Source: Lytechinus pictus (Eukaryota). Taken from it: a stretch of 64,000 nucleotides of DNA. Position 1 is the stretch's first letter. Each line of letters starts with the position of its first letter. The position numbers and the translations under genes were made by a program. Where the stretch lies: NCBI RefSeq assembly GCF_037042905.1, contig NC_087249.1, positions 19,096,001 to 19,160,000 of the forward strand, in the 5' to 3' direction. The notes beneath the pieces are model-generated. The model saw nothing but the letters and a program-made list of their open reading frames with translations. It did not search any database and was not told the origin of the DNA. Shown piece after piece: positions 13,534 through 27,712 of the stretch.

Positions 13534-14645
13534 AGACCCTTAATGAACTAGATCTCACTTAAAGACTCTTTCAAACTATAAAAACGAAACATGATAATCT
13601 TTTAGAAAATACTTCATTGCTTTGTTTTCATGTAGGCAAAATCAGGATTTTTTTCTGGTTTATGTCAAGGTGGTGTAGATGTGGAAAATATCAGTTCAGT
13701 GTTGAAAGGGGTCATAGTAGAAAGATTAATTACGCAAATAGAGTCCCCCAGCTCCTCTCATATATGTCTATCAGCAAGCTGTATGTAATATTTTTGATAT
13801 CAAACAAAAACATGATTAATATGTTGATATCTAATGCAGATCGTTGATCTACAATGATTAGATAAAAACAACTTTGCGGTGATGCTTTTTCCCGAATCGT
13901 CCATCCGTAACGTTTTTTTTTCTGCGATAACTAAAGATCTATTTGACACATTTGTTATTGGTTGGTCAAGTGGTTTGAAATATCAAGGTCAAAGGTCACA
14001 GAAGTCACTCTATACTAGTAAGCGAAAATATATTGTTCTCGCGATTCTTACTTAAGTTCTATTTGAGGATCGTTCTCAAATCGGTCCAAGTATGAACATA
14101 ATTATGAGTGGAAATTGTAACATGTCGAAGGTCTCAGATGTCACAGAGGTGACAGAGGTTATTACTTGATATTTATATGATATATATTCTGACAATGAAT
14201 ATCATGGAGTAGACATAAATTTCGATTGTGTGCAGTCTAGAATCCATCTATTTTAAGATGAATTTATCCTCGTGTAGCCTTGAAATGAAGATTAATTTAT
14301 CCTTGTATCAGCAGGATGAACTAATCCTTATAATTTAAATAGATTTGTATGATATATTTATTTGATATGTTATTCCTATTAAATGGTTGTATTAATTGAA
14401 ATGCTGTTCCCGTTTGTTTCTTTTATTGTTAGAGACTTGCAAACATACATTGAATTGCCAATAACCATTAAATAGAATGATTGGAGAGAATGTGTAGAAG
14501 AGAGAACAAGTCATACAAGTGGTTGTTAAGTGCAAAAATGTGAAATAAATATTATGGAATGAATATGATGAACATTTGAAGAAAGATGAACAAAGATTCA
14601 TTCATTTTGAAAAGATTTACTGTTTTTAATGATATATAAAAAGGA

Positions 14646-14698
14646 ATATATATATATATATATATATATAAAGGATATATATATATATATATATATAT
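14646..14698. repeat. (TA)n microsatellite
   Basis: Two (TA)n runs separated by AAGG. Confidence 0.9.
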
Positions 14699-14899
14699 GC
14701 GACAATTTTTATGTTACCCCTAAGTTAAAGGACCTGTTTCAGAAATAGTTGCAATCAAAGGCAACTTGATTTTCAACTGATCAGAAGAGTGCGTTTTGAA
14801 ACTGCATCTGATATTTGATATTTAGCTGTGTTCGAACACAAAATAACTCTTTCCCCAACGGACTCAAGGATTTGTGTGTGCGCGTGCGAATCAACTATG

Positions 14900-15140
14900 A
14901 TTTTCCTTCAGCAAGAAATTTATCCACACTGTGTTGCACTCAACCCAGGTGAGGTAAATGGGTACCGGCAGGAAATAATTTCTCAAAATCAAAGCTGTGT
15001 GCACCTGAATCGGTAGCCTAGCTTAGCCGGGTACTGATTATATCAGGGCCTGCTGGGAGAACTGTTTTCGGAACTGAAGTGGCTACCCTGGGTAAATATG
15101 CCGTTATCATTATTACTATTATTATTATTATTATTATTAA
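14900..15140 (+). mobile_element. SINE body and tail (head missing or decayed)
   Basis: Central motif ACCCAGGTGAGGTAAATGGGTACC shared with other SINE fragments here; (ATT)n tail; 3' half repeated at 39557-39705. Confidence 0.75.
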
Positions 15141-17634
15141 TAATATTTACGTTGCGACCGACCTTTAACTTCGCCTTCTGAAAGACGTAACAAAGGTCGA
15201 ACTATACATGTATGTAGCTAGATGTTTGCAACATACATCTAACTAGCCTTTAGTAAATGAAGGAGTGATTGTAATTTCTGTAACTATGGTAATCATTGAC
15301 AACATGGATGTGATAATAACTATTATGACCGAATAGATATAGTTCGAAATGTATTAAAAGGCCACGAAACCTTTTTGTGAGTAGAGGGCTGACGGAACTG
15401 TAAAATGAGTATAATTATTTCTTGCAGCGCCGGTTGTCAGCACACAAAAATAACAACTGTTTTAAGTTCTAATGAAAGCGAAGGAGCGTAGCGACCGATC
15501 ATGGCGCTTTTCTACGGTAAAACTAGCAATTTAAACGTAAGATAATAACGAAATAGTAGGGAGAGGTGTATCTCTTCTTCAAATAGAGAGTCGTATGTTG
15601 GATCCAAGTCATGACATGATTTTTGTTCTGCAAACGATGCAGATGAGTTGAACAGATTCCTTCTCATTTCTTCGCACTCATGACAATAGTGCTATTAGGT
15701 AAAAATAACTATCATCCTTATCTTCATGATCGTTGTCATAGAAAACATCTTCATGGTTTGGGATTTGGAGTTCAATTCGAGCGAAGTTCAGGGGGATAAC
15801 AGTTTCACATCTTATGGTCCAGAAAAAGAGCTATATCAAGTCCATGTATTTATTTTTTTTCATCATTATATTCCATTCATGAATGAGCTGGCCTCCTAAC
15901 TTTTAATAAAATTGAATGCTCTGTACATTAAATGAGAGAACAATATTTTTTTTCTTCGAATTTTGACCTTTCAATGAAATACCCACCAAAATAGGGTTGC
16001 TATATAGGGCCGGAAAAGGCAAATTTATGGGAGCCTTTAATACGGTCTGATAAATCAACCCAAATCCTGTTATTAATTATGTTAAATTATAGGACCTTTC
16101 TTGACTTCGTCGCATTGCTTCATTCGTTTCGCAATTTGCACAATATTCTTCCTTTGTCGATGCAAATTAATTGGCGGGCTCCTCGCGTGATGAGACGTCA
16201 ATAGAGCTCGGTGATTATCGTCATTATGCGTTCTTAATCGGGAAGCTGCGCAAAATCCCCTGTCCTACATGCCTTGAGAATTCTGGAGCATTGACCGCTG
16301 ATGGATGTCACAATTATGATGACGGGGAAGAGGAAAAGGGGAATGCAGGAGAAACATAAAGATGGAGAGGTAAAAGAGAGAGGGAGAGAGAAAGAGAGAG
16401 AGAGAGGGGGAGGGGGAGGGGGGTAAGGGTGACTGAAAGAGGAAGAGAGATAGGGAGGGTTGGTGTGGCTGCTCAGAATCAACCTCCCCTCTGTTTCGAT
16501 TTCATGCTGTTTTGTATTGTACAAATAGTGATAAAAATATATGTTTTTATACATGTATGAATTATATTAAATATGAAAAGACTAAAAGAGGAAATAAAGG
16601 AGGAATTGAGTTGAATAACTGTAAATGTATGTGTGGGTTCGTGTGTTTGAAAAAAAGGGAAGGGGAGGGGGGAGGATGAGGGGTGTTGGGGGTGGGGTCT
16701 ACACGAGAAAGGCAGAGGGGATGGGGTGGTCTTGCTGCCTGAACACGGATGATAGTTGTAAATGGGAATAACTTTTGCGTCATATATATATTAATGTCTG
16801 CCTTGACCTATTCTGTAATCCGTTGCCATGGGAGAAAAGCAGGATTGGCATCGACGTTAATCACGCCTGCAAACCAAAATTGGAATATCATCTTCATCCG
16901 GCCATCTTCCACTCCCAAGGAAAAATACATGTAGGGGAATATATGGGGAGTATATGCTTGCATATATTTGCCAATTTTTTCGTTTTTATTCAGGTCATTT
17001 TTATATGCACAGTGCATGTTTTAAAGCTATAAAACCATACCTTCATGTCGATAAACAAAGAAAAATCAACTTAAGCATGTTAAGACAACAGCATCATAAC
17101 AAAACACGGCTAGCAACGAGTAGCAATTTCAATGATTTAAAAAAAGAGCAAACTGTAATGTTGTTTCTTTTCGAAGTATGCATTAATCATTTATCCATCT
17201 CCGCCAGCCTGCTTTGAAAATGAAAAGATCGCAAACACTGCCTTCAAGCCTCCTCTATTCGGATACTAAATTTAGAGTGGCGCCCATTTCAAAATCGTCA
17301 GGAACCACGGATCAGGCATTAATATTCCATCACATGCTCACATTAAACCGGATTAACCGCATAAAGGTTGTTAGCCCCTTGCAATAGGATAAAAAGATTG
17401 TTTCCAAAAATAGACAGTCTAATATTTTGATCTTTCATTTTATCAATGTGTTAAGCGAGGTGGGATTGTATGTCTAATTATGGGAGTAAAAGCCGGATGA
17501 TGGGGACTGTTGCTTCATGGAATTCGACTTATTTGTGTGTGGAAGACGATTTATGTCAACCGCACCTCACACCTAAATATGTTTCATAACCGATTTCTAA
17601 GAAAGAAATTAATAGTTATGAAAAAGTTAAGATT

Positions 17635-17700
17635 ACTCCTACTACTACTACTACTACTACTACTACTATTACTACTACTACTTCTTCCACTAATACTTCT
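17635..17700. repeat. (CTA)n microsatellite
   Basis: Run of ctacta; source of the poly-Leu spurious ORF 17510-17809. Confidence 0.9.
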
Positions 17701-19736
17701 TTTACTTCTTTTTTTTCAGTCGTCTTTTTATCTTCTTTTTATCGGTGTTATTATCATTACAATCATCAATATTAATATATTACTATTGTTATCATCATCG
17801 TTGTTATAATGTCTTCAATGTCATCATTGTTGTAATGTGTCAAATATTATTCAATTTCACTATAAACATTGTTATGATGATGATGCTGCTGCTGCGGTGA
17901 TGATGATGTTATTGACGACTACGGCGAGGATGATGGTGATTGTTACCATAACTATTACCTTAATCATGAGTATGCTATACACTTTATTAAACTATTAAGG
18001 GGTTTATTTCCAAATCGTCTAATGTCAATTCTTCCAATTGCCAACTCGTGTACTATTTTGGTCTACCATCAGTTCGTCCACTCACCACATGGTCTACTTT
18101 CATTTAGTCTAATGCCATTTCGTCTAATAACCAGTTGGTCCAATAGCCAGTATGTCCATGTACCATTTGGTCTAATTAAACTAAGTGTTAAAATTGTGCA
18201 AATGAAGTACGGCGAAATGTGACCGAGGTTTAATGAGATAGGATTTGTAAATTCCTCAAACTAGCGATCCACATGTAGGATATAACCGGTGGCGGATCAT
18301 TGATTAACCAGTATTTGGGAGAGGGGGGGGGGGGGGATGGGACAATTTTTTCTTCCAAATTCGAGAAAGTACTCCCAACCAAACAATCAACAAAAGAGAA
18401 ATAAGCAAGAAAAGTTTATAACTGTAATCTTCCTGTAAACTGTAACCTTCCACCTAATGCAAGGGATGAGACCCATTTAAACCCTTTCCAAACACTTTTT
18501 CACTCCAGGGATGGGGGCAAGTCCCCTGCCCTCTCCACCCAGCATTTGATATAACATTACCACCGTGCAACTAAAAAGAACCTAGTCTGACCATCACTTG
18601 TGGTTATGGTGTGCATGTTATACGTTTTGCCGCAAGCAGAAAATTATATGAAAGTAACTCATACAATCCATGTTCTGTGGTTTGTTATCATAAGCAATAT
18701 CAAAACCGTATGACTAAGCTTCATAAAAACGAGTAGAGTTATATGCAATGACATATATTCTTTGGACAATTATTCTAACCCACGTTTCGCCGAAGGCTTA
18801 TTTTCACCTGCCTCAATTTGGTTCCTTTTTAAGACAACGATTAATCATGCTGATGAGGAGAAGTGCGCGTCAGCGAGCATGCTACGGTTACAATTATCTT
18901 CGGATTAAAAAATGTGCTTTATGTGTCGATGTGCGGATATGCCCACTGCATAACCACAGACATAAACCTACATGTAAAGTCACAGAATCCGCATGGATTC
19001 CTAGACTACATGTATGATAAAGATGGTGATGANNNNNNNNNNNNNNNNNNNNNNNNNNNNNNNNNNNNNNNNNNNNNNNNNNNNNNNNNNNNNNNNNNNN
19101 NNNNNNNNNNNNNNNNNNNNNNNNNNNNNNNNNNNNNNNNNNNNNNNNNNNNNNNNNNNNNNNNNNNNNNNNNTGATATCATATATCCTTGCCTTACTCG
19201 GCATTTGTTGCTTAAAAAAACTAAATGAATAATAATTAAAAAAACCCATGAACACCGTTACGAGATGCAGTTGCCACCGTGGTTCTTGAACACCCTTCAT
19301 ATACCGAGGGCCCCTGGGCAAATGTTGGATAAGGGAAACCTTGCAATCATGTAGACAAACAGAACAACGTGCTTATAAGACATCTGATTAAAGGGCATTT
19401 TAGGAAGCAACATTATTTTTGTCATACAGGGACCGCTGCACTTTTGAATCTTCAAGAAGTGATAAAAAGGAAGGGCAAAACAAAAAGAGTTTTGGGTCGT
19501 TTAAATGTAAACTACCCCTATGCACTGACGTATCTAGGATAAAGGGCGCGCGGGGCAAGTGCTAAAAATCTCGACCCTTGGTCGCAGTGCCAATCGGAGG
19601 ATTTGAAAAAAGGGTTAGTGATCTCATTATTGAAATGCTCATAACTTTCTTATTTATCAAGTTTATTCTAATTCTCTTGATTTTTTACATGTTTAAATTT
19701 TTTTAAAGATGTTGTTCTTTTCTATATTATTTATCT

Positions 19737-20156
19737 GGTAAATTGCCAATTCGCCTATTGTCTAGTCGTCCACCCATCGCATGATCTACCTTCATTTAGT
19801 CTAATGCCTTTCCGTCCATCAATATTTCATCTAACAACCATCTGGTTCAATAACCATTTGGTCCAATCATCACTTCGTCTAATCACCAGATAGTCTATGA
19901 TCTCTTCTTCTCATAACCAGTTGGTCTATTGTCCATTTTATTTTCATTCATTTCGCTCAATTAACAATTAGTCCAATAACATGAATAAGACCAAATGGTA
20001 TATGGACTAAATGGCTATTGGACCAACCAGTTATTAGAGGGGATGGTGAGTGATAAATTAGACTTTATGGACAGTGGACAAACTGATGGTAGACCAAATT
20101 ATATTAGACGAGTTGGTAATTGGACGAATTGGCATTAGACAAATTCATATTAAACC
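19737..20156. mobile_element. Foldback-like element built of ~15-bp subrepeats (CCATTTGGTCTAAT-like); partial relative at ~18000-18190
   Basis: Left half has direct subrepeats and right half has their reverse complements (ATTAGAC...TGG); ends TTAAACC; superfamily not assignable. Confidence 0.6.
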
Positions 20157-20833
20157 ATTTTTCTGGCTTAAAGGGTTTCATACTCATTTATTGCAATTAT
20201 GCCGAACGATTTCGTAAGACTTTTTTTTATCACGTGGGAGGGGGGGGGGGGGTCAAGTCGACTCTCTAACGTAGGCCGATGTACAAATCTCAAATCTCGA
20301 GACCCTAGACCTCCTAGACCCCCATTTAAGCCAATGCCTATTTCAAAGCAAACTCAAAGTATTAACCTATGTGATTTCAACACAAGTTTCCATTGCAGAC
20401 AAATTCGTCACCTGGAATAATAATGATAATAATAAAAAAAAAATATTTAAGAAATATTATGAAACATTTGTAAGGTAAAAAGGTAACAATGCTGTGTCTG
20501 AAAAATTCAAGTCACCCCGTTTTTTCCCCAAGGCGTGTTCCAGTTATCAAAGCTGAGAAACCGATTCTGAAAATGTTCTTATTTTCCAGTTGTCGAAGTC
20601 CTCCTGATTTGTTTTCCTCAAATCTGCTATGTTTTCCTCAAATCTGCTATGTTAATTTCCCCAGAGATATGTGGAAACCACGGAGAATACGATTTTGCTT
20701 TGCAAAAAACTGTTATGTTATAAACCTCTTTTCGTTTATGTTTAGATTAGTTCCTTAGTTTCGTATAACTTTTTAATGGTAGGAATGGGTATATAGGAAT
20801 ATTGAAAAGGACGTAGGTTTGAAGTTATGAATT

Positions 20834-20871
20834 TATATGTATATGTACACACACACACACACACACACACA

Positions 20872-20913
<42 letters not shown>
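20834..20913. repeat. (CA)n(TA)n compound microsatellite hosting two MITEs
   Basis: TA run resumes between the MITEs and after 22077. Confidence 0.9.
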
Positions 20914-20916
<3 letters not shown>

Positions 20917-21235
20917 TGTTAGAAAAAACAGAAGATTTTACAGAAGAAAAATTATAAAACAGATTTTACAGAAAGAAGTCACCAAATCATTCTGTAAATT
21001 GTTAAAACAGGAAACATTTTATACAGTTTTTATAGAATTTTACAGAACAGGTCTGTTTTAAAAGGGGGAAAACAGTTTTATTACAATAAATTTGTAAGGT
21101 TACATACACCAAATATCTATTTTCTATAATTTTACACAAATGCATGTAATATTACACAGTGCAGTAAGATTACAGGTGTTCTCGAGACTCTGATGCAGGA
21201 ATTTTTGTTTTATAAGTAGAAATTTTCTAACAGTG
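20914..21235 (+). mobile_element. CACTGTTAGAAAA-ended MITE (family E)
   Basis: TIR CACTGTTAGAAAA / TTTTCTAACAGTG; TA flanks; inverted homolog at 27713-27983. Confidence 0.8.
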
Positions 21236-21255
21236 TATGTATATACATGTATATA

Positions 21256-22077
21256 CAGTGCGTCCCAGAAAAAACGAAACCGAGATTTAGAGATGATTTA
21301 TCATAACTTAATCATAAATACAATAGACCAATGACCTACCAATGTAAAGCTTAGAATCTCCTCTTTCATATGATATTACTTAGATTATTCCTCATTCACG
21401 CATGAGTGAGCAAAAATAATTCGAAGAAAGGATGCCAAAAACTCATTTGGCGGGGAGTATCTGAATTTCAAAAAGAAAATCACATGACTAAAAAGTTCAA
21501 TATCTGCTCTTTTGTTTGATACCTTAATCACATAAAATGGTCAAGAAGTAAAAAAAGTTATGATCCCTCGAAACAATGCTTGTATTTCAATAATTTCATT
21601 AAATAAACGTGATTTCACTGGTTTCCCACAGAAGTAAACTCACGGTAACAAAAAACTTAATGCATGGCTGATCGTCAACAAAACGGAGTGTCGAGTGAGT
21701 TTGAACGCTATAGCCTGTAAAACCTCTTAATTTCATGAAATTATTGAAATTCAAGCCTTATTTCAAATAACCAGAACTTTGTTATTTCTGGACCATTTTC
21801 TGTAATTGAGGTATCAAATTAAAGAGCAGATATTGAACTTTTTAAAAATGTGGTTTTCTTTTTAAAACCCAGATACGGCCCGCCAAGTGACTTTTTGGTA
21901 TCCCCTTTTCAAATTGTTTTTGCTCACTCATGCGTGAATGAAAAATAATTTAACTAATTTCAGATGAAAGAGGAGATTCTAAGCTTTAAAATGGTAGGTC
22001 GTTTGTCTATTCTATTTGTGATTAAGTTATGATAAATCATCGATAAATCTCGGTTTCGTTTTTTGTGGGACGCACTG
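21256..22077. mobile_element. Tc1/mariner-type MITE with very long TIRs
   Basis: CAGTGCGTCCCAGAAAAAACGAAACCGAGATTT / AAATCTCGGTTTCGTTTTTTGTGGGACGCACTG; arms stay complementary for roughly 350 bp; TA TSD. Confidence 0.88.
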
Positions 22078-25000
22078 TATATATATATATATAAATATAT
22101 ATTTACATGAATATGTATATACAGTGCATTATTCATTTGTAACAATATGGTGATATAAAGGAAGGAGCTAAGAATTTAAGGTCAAGTCTATCAAACTAAC
22201 AAGTATTTGAAGAAAGAGAGGAAAACAAAAACATCCAGTCACTGTTACTTCTATCAAAATCAGTTAGAAATCAAGAAAGTTTTTTTTGCATGTTAAAATG
22301 TTGTTTAAATTGTAAAGCATGGTTTCCCATCGAAGCATCGAATGGCAACATACGCTTTAAAGGTTTGGTTTCTAATAAACCAAAGCTTTCAGTCATCATC
22401 GGGGAAACAACTCGGAATTCACAGAGCCCTGAAAGAACCTTTCAATTATGGAAAAGCACAATTGGGGTAAACCTGATCGTTGATAAATTTGACGGATTTG
22501 ACGATTGGGGCATGCATCTCATTGTGTCGTCGGGGGCGTAAAGTTTAAGGTGAAGATGGATTACAGGGGAGTCCGTCTGATGATTTGTCTTCTCAGTCTT
22601 CATTACGGTATAACCATCACGTCTAGGTAACGGGCATTCATCCCCAATGCCCTTGTTTACACTCGCTCGTCTTCCAGGTCAACATATCCCACGAGCCTTG
22701 TTAGAGCGCCCCCACGACTCTAATTTTGCCTGAAGTAGAAGATGCCGAGTGCGGGGTTAAGTATCGTATTCGGTCTCGCGGGACGCACGCGCCCGCGTCC
22801 TTGGGAGAGTCAACGTCACGGAAACTCTTGGAAGATCCACAATCATCGATTATGGAACGGTAATAAGACAAAGGAAATAACGTTTGATAGATAACGATAA
22901 GAGCGTCCTTGGACATAGTGGGGGATGACCACGCGTTTCACCTGGCTGCAACGCGGAGAAGGGGAGATTCAACAGGTTTATTTTTTGTGGGCACTTGCCT
23001 CTTCGAGATGCTCCACGCAACGTGCGTGGCATTGGGAAGGATGCGTTTGTCTTGTTTATTCCTCGTTGATTGATAGGTGGTATTATATCTATCTCGGAGC
23101 GATACAGTTAATCACCCGCCACCATCCAGCCAAGTTAACCGAACTCGTTGATGGACTCCCTTTTTAGCCTTCGCCAGAGATGCATCCATCTACATCATTT
23201 TCATTCACTCAGACACTCAGAAGAAATCCGAGGCATTTCCTTAACTGGAGCGACAAGTTCAGTTTACGCGCAACCCTGGGGCTAATAATGAATAGTTTGG
23301 CAGCCCAGGGACAAACTAGCCCTATATTTTTGTAAGTAATACCCATCCATAACAGAATGAGACGAACGATTTATAGCGGACTTTCTCGAATGTAATGAAT
23401 GGCTTGCAATCTGTCGAGTTATCATGAAAAGGATAGTGCAAGAAGAAGTAGAACAAGATAATGTTTTTTTAATGGCGTCGTAGTCCACTTGTCTTTACAT
23501 CTAATGTTTCATCTATCCAGCATTTCCAAGATTTTATGAATTTTACATATTTCCCTGTTTGTTTTAGCAATAGCGATGAATTATGATCTCGTTGGAGATA
23601 TCACTATCCATTTAATCGTACTCATGACAAAGTTCTATTAATAACACAGGATGAGATAAATGAAAACAAAGAATATAAATAAGTCCTCGATGTTACAAAG
23701 CTTAATATAATGTTTATGTAACATAAATTATGTTACTACACCCCTTTCACGTCATGAAGTAGCGTTGTGAGGTGTCTATAGCCGAGTGTGATCGAGATCA
23801 TCATTCATGTATTATTTCACAGGGATATACTCATTGAGATTCTTATTTCATAAAGAAATAACAAATGAGTAACTTCGTAACACTTACGATTTCGTAATGA
23901 GGAGACTGCGAGTACTTTCTTTAGTCACACTGACCGAATGTGTGTCTATGATATTGGTCGGGCTGGTGTCTGTTTCGCCAGTATTGCCATGGCATAACTC
24001 CGGACAGCGAACTTTGGGTGTTATTTATATATCCACGAACACAAATGACTACTAATACACAATATACACGCTCATGATTCGACCCTTTTAGAAATCAGAT
24101 GTTAATGGACGTCTGCTTTTCTATTTAAGAATTAGCCATTTTATCAAGAACTCACCGTTTCCTTACTTTTATGAAAGATCGTAGAAACAATATTGCTTGG
24201 GAGGGAGAGAAGCGAAGGGGCAGTGGTGAGGCGTGTGTGTGTGGGTGACTGTGTGTGTGTGAGAGAGAGAGGCAGAGAAAGAAAGGAAAGAGATGTAGCG
24301 AAATTATAAGATGGATGAATTGAAGGATGGTGAAAGCGTTTTTTGACAATACATGAAATGCATAAGAAAAAATTAAAAGATAAAATAATAAAAAGTTTAA
24401 AAGAAAGGCAATATTGCAAAACGGAAAAAGGGTCAGTCGCACTGTCATGTTAAAATAAAAGCTACAACAGAAGCAGCAACAACATCAGGTTTACACCAGA
24501 GGATTGTTCTGAATAACCATACTTCTGATACTTTAGATTCTAATCCAAATCTAATTGATTTGTGTGCTGCTGGGAGTCCCTGTCCCACTCGGTCTTAACA
24601 ATTTTGTTTGCAAATAATCGAAACTGTAAGCTTTACCCTACTCTCAACAAAATGTCAAGTAGAGGAAAATTCAAAGCCTAATAGCTTTGTAGCCATGCAC
24701 TTGAGGGTCTTGAAAGCGGCAAGTGGTCTGGTAGTTTGGTCACATAATAGAGCTGGGACGTAGAATGAGTCAATAAAGCGAACATCAATGCAATAGATGT
24801 TGGCCGTTTACATAATTCCAAAGAGCCTCTCTGAGGATTGTTGCAGGAATCGACTCTGCAGAATCTGCAGTCTTCTCGGAGAATGGAACGAGTACTTCAG
24901 CTCTGAGATGTATCGAATATGGGTACACGCAGCCAAGGACAGTAAGAGGAAGCTCGCAATCGAAAGTAGATGTACATAAGTTATGTTCCTGTTCTCAGAT

Positions 25001-25347
25001 TAGAAACTCTCGAAACACATGCAATAAAGTGATAACGAAAAAAAACCCAGTGCTATGTCCGACATTTATATCGTGATCCCCTGATCCCGGCCCCTGATCA
25101 ATGTACAAGCTACGCAGTTGTTCTACTTGTTCTAACCACATGCCGCAAAGCGCAGTCACGTGCGAAGAGTATGTAAACTAATCTCCCTCAAAAGAGACTT
25201 TAAATGCGAGACAGGTGATTTTTTATTTTACAACGGAATACGATATAATCCGAACAGCAAGAATAACAAGATCATCAACGAAAACCAAATTCATGTATCA
25301 AACTCCCGTGCCAATGCGACAATTGAACATGCTAAACTTAAATTATA

Positions 25348-25600
25348 CACTGCAAAAACTCCGGTCTTGATTTGACACCAGCCCGGAATCTATATACTGT
25401 ATGTCCACACCAGAGAAGTATTGAAATAACACCAGTTTGGAATCCAACCGATGCTGTTTTAATACTAATTGGTGTTGTATAAACACATATCTGGTGTTAG
25501 ACCAAAACCAAACTAGTGTTGTTTAATGCTTCTCTGGTGTGGACATACAGTATATAGATTCCGGGCTGGTGTTAAATCAACACCGGATTTTTTTTTAGTG
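25348..25600. mobile_element. Family D MITE, copy 2
   Basis: Aligns end to end with 8502-8741; TA TSD; 5-nt insertion in each arm. Confidence 0.88.
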
Positions 25601-26519
25601 TACTGCCTGTTGTCGCAGGATGTTTCTGAATGACGTGCATTAATTTAGACCGAAAATTTGGAAATATTTACAAATATAAATCGAATTCATGGCCACAATT
25701 TCTTACTATTAAACCTGTCATCCAATGTCAATTACCTTGATAACAATACTCAATAGCCAATCAATATCAAGGATTCCATGAAAGTCACTCGTGGATGGCA
25801 ACGTTTGAAGCAGCAACTTTTATGCAACGCCCCTGCTTCTGTCTATATGGAAACAACATAAAAGAGTAATTTACAATTGATTGATTGAGGGGAAGAGTTA
25901 TTGTTTTACGGCTAAGATAAATATAAGAAATACAGAAATCAGACTAGTAGTATTAATATACTTTAACGGGATAGCCTATGAAAGCCGAGAAGACTTGAAA
26001 ATAAGCATCCTTCCTTAAACAAAATCTAAGACCCTTAAACAATCTTATTCATTCTCTTTATAAATGAAACGATCGTTAATACCAAGAATAAAATAATGCC
26101 CACAATCCACTGCTCAGTGTTTTTGATAGCAAGGAGATAATGAAAATAGATTCAAGATTCAAGATGTATTCATTGAATAATTGCAGCTCGAAGGCCTAAT
26201 TGCCATTAAATTAACAGTGAAGAAGAAAAAACAAACAAAACATGTAAATTGTACATAATTACTACAATAAAAATACATGTTGAATTTACAATAATAATTC
26301 AAATTTACAAAACGAATTCCAATTAACAATTCTAATTTCAATAAACAATGATAATTACAGTTCACGAAGATAATTCCATTAATATAAATAATTAAGTAGA
26401 CAATAAAAATGTATTTTGTAAAATATTGTTTGAATCGGGATTTGTTTATGTGTTCATTAAAACATCTTTATACAAGATAATATGTTAAATAAAATACACT
26501 GTTGATATAAGAAAGATGA

Positions 26520-26590
26520 TGGTCGTGTGTTCGAATCGCACCGCGGTCTAGCGTCCTTTGACAAGGTGTTAATCCACACCTTGCCACTCT
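26520..26590 (+). mobile_element. SINE head fragment
   Basis: GTTCGAATC B box followed by GTCCTTTGACAAGGTGTTAATCCACA. Confidence 0.45.
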
Positions 26591-26823
26591 GATCGATGAT
26601 CGATACTTCAAGTTCCAACACAAACCATCTGGCTGACTTGAACAAAAGTGTGATGTATGCTTTGATATTCCAGTAAATGATTTCCGATGAATTTCTGAAA
26701 ATGAGTGAAGTATGTGGAACCTTTTCTTTAATAAAAAAAAAAGCTGGTGGTTGGGCAAACTTTCCACAACTTTTCTTGCATAGCTATCGTTTTAAGATGA
26801 GCCCACGCTCTTCAGGCAAACAG

Positions 26824-26990
26824 AACTCTCGACCCAGGTGCTAAATGGGTACCCGGTAGGATGTGAAAGTCATTGACTAGCTTGTCCAGTACTGTGTGCG
26901 CCTCACCGGCGACTGACTGGAATACTCCCCAGGGAGTGGAGGATGTGCATCATTAAGCGCTATATAAAAGCGGATTATTATTATTATTAA
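26824..26990 (+). mobile_element. SINE 3' part with (ATT)n tail
   Basis: ACCCAGGTGCTAAATGGGTACC motif; ends AAGCGCTATATAAAAGCGGATTATTATT; related minus-strand copy at 45814-45950. Confidence 0.7.
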
Positions 26991-27487
26991 CTATCATAAG
27001 TTTGGCATGAGTGAGTGTGTTAGGTACGGGATTTATGGTTCCTTACCAAAGTTTTAATAATAATGTTAATGCTTTTCACTCTCTTTATGCTACAAAGAAG
27101 AGGATTTTTCAAAAAGGACACAGGAAGCTCTAGCAAACTGCCGAAACCGTAGGCTTCATTGGACTCTCAAACTAATACGCTTTTATATTAACATGTTAAA
27201 TACAAAAAAGTAAATAAAAGCGTAGAATCTCAGTTCTATTTAAAGGGGGGGGGAGGAAAGGAGGTTGGGGTCAAGGAAAGTCGAAAGACAAATGCTGCAC
27301 CCTGATTGGATAGAATGCAGGTCACTTGGAAAGCATACGTCTGTTTCATAGACGATTATTGCCCGGCATGGCCTTCCATATCAATACCTGACAGAGTAAC
27401 AGTGACGTATGTAGTCCTACATGTATGTATTTGGTGAGTGTTTACAATTTACTCTCAGTTTTAACCGCTGGTATAATCAATATAACT

Positions 27488-27638
27488 GGGGACCCGTTGT
27501 TGCTGAAAGAGTTGCTATCAAACCCAACTCTGAACATCATTCGCAACTTGTTTTTAAACCAATGAAAAGCGCGTATTCGGGACTTGCTGTTAATTTTTCT
27601 ACTTGAAATTAAACGCAGATCTTTCTGCAAGAGGCCCC
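27488..27638. mobile_element. Harbinger-like MITE (GGGCCCGTTGCAGAAAGAGTTGC family), diverged
   Basis: Aligns with 46454-46598; imperfect TIRs. Confidence 0.7.
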
Positions 27639-27712
27639 TTGTGACAGGCTACCAAATCCACCTGCAGAGGAAGGGCGGATGAACAAAGTTTAACGCCAAA
27701 AAGCACATTACA

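Noticed and set aside
17510-17809. Hydrophobic or low-complexity ORFs (also 41525-41791, 46878-47230, 2850-3125)
   Set aside because: Translations of microsatellites and purine tracts
19737-20156. CRISPR-like array
   Set aside because: Degenerate ~15-bp subrepeats in a foldback layout, no unique spacers, no cas genes, eukaryotic context
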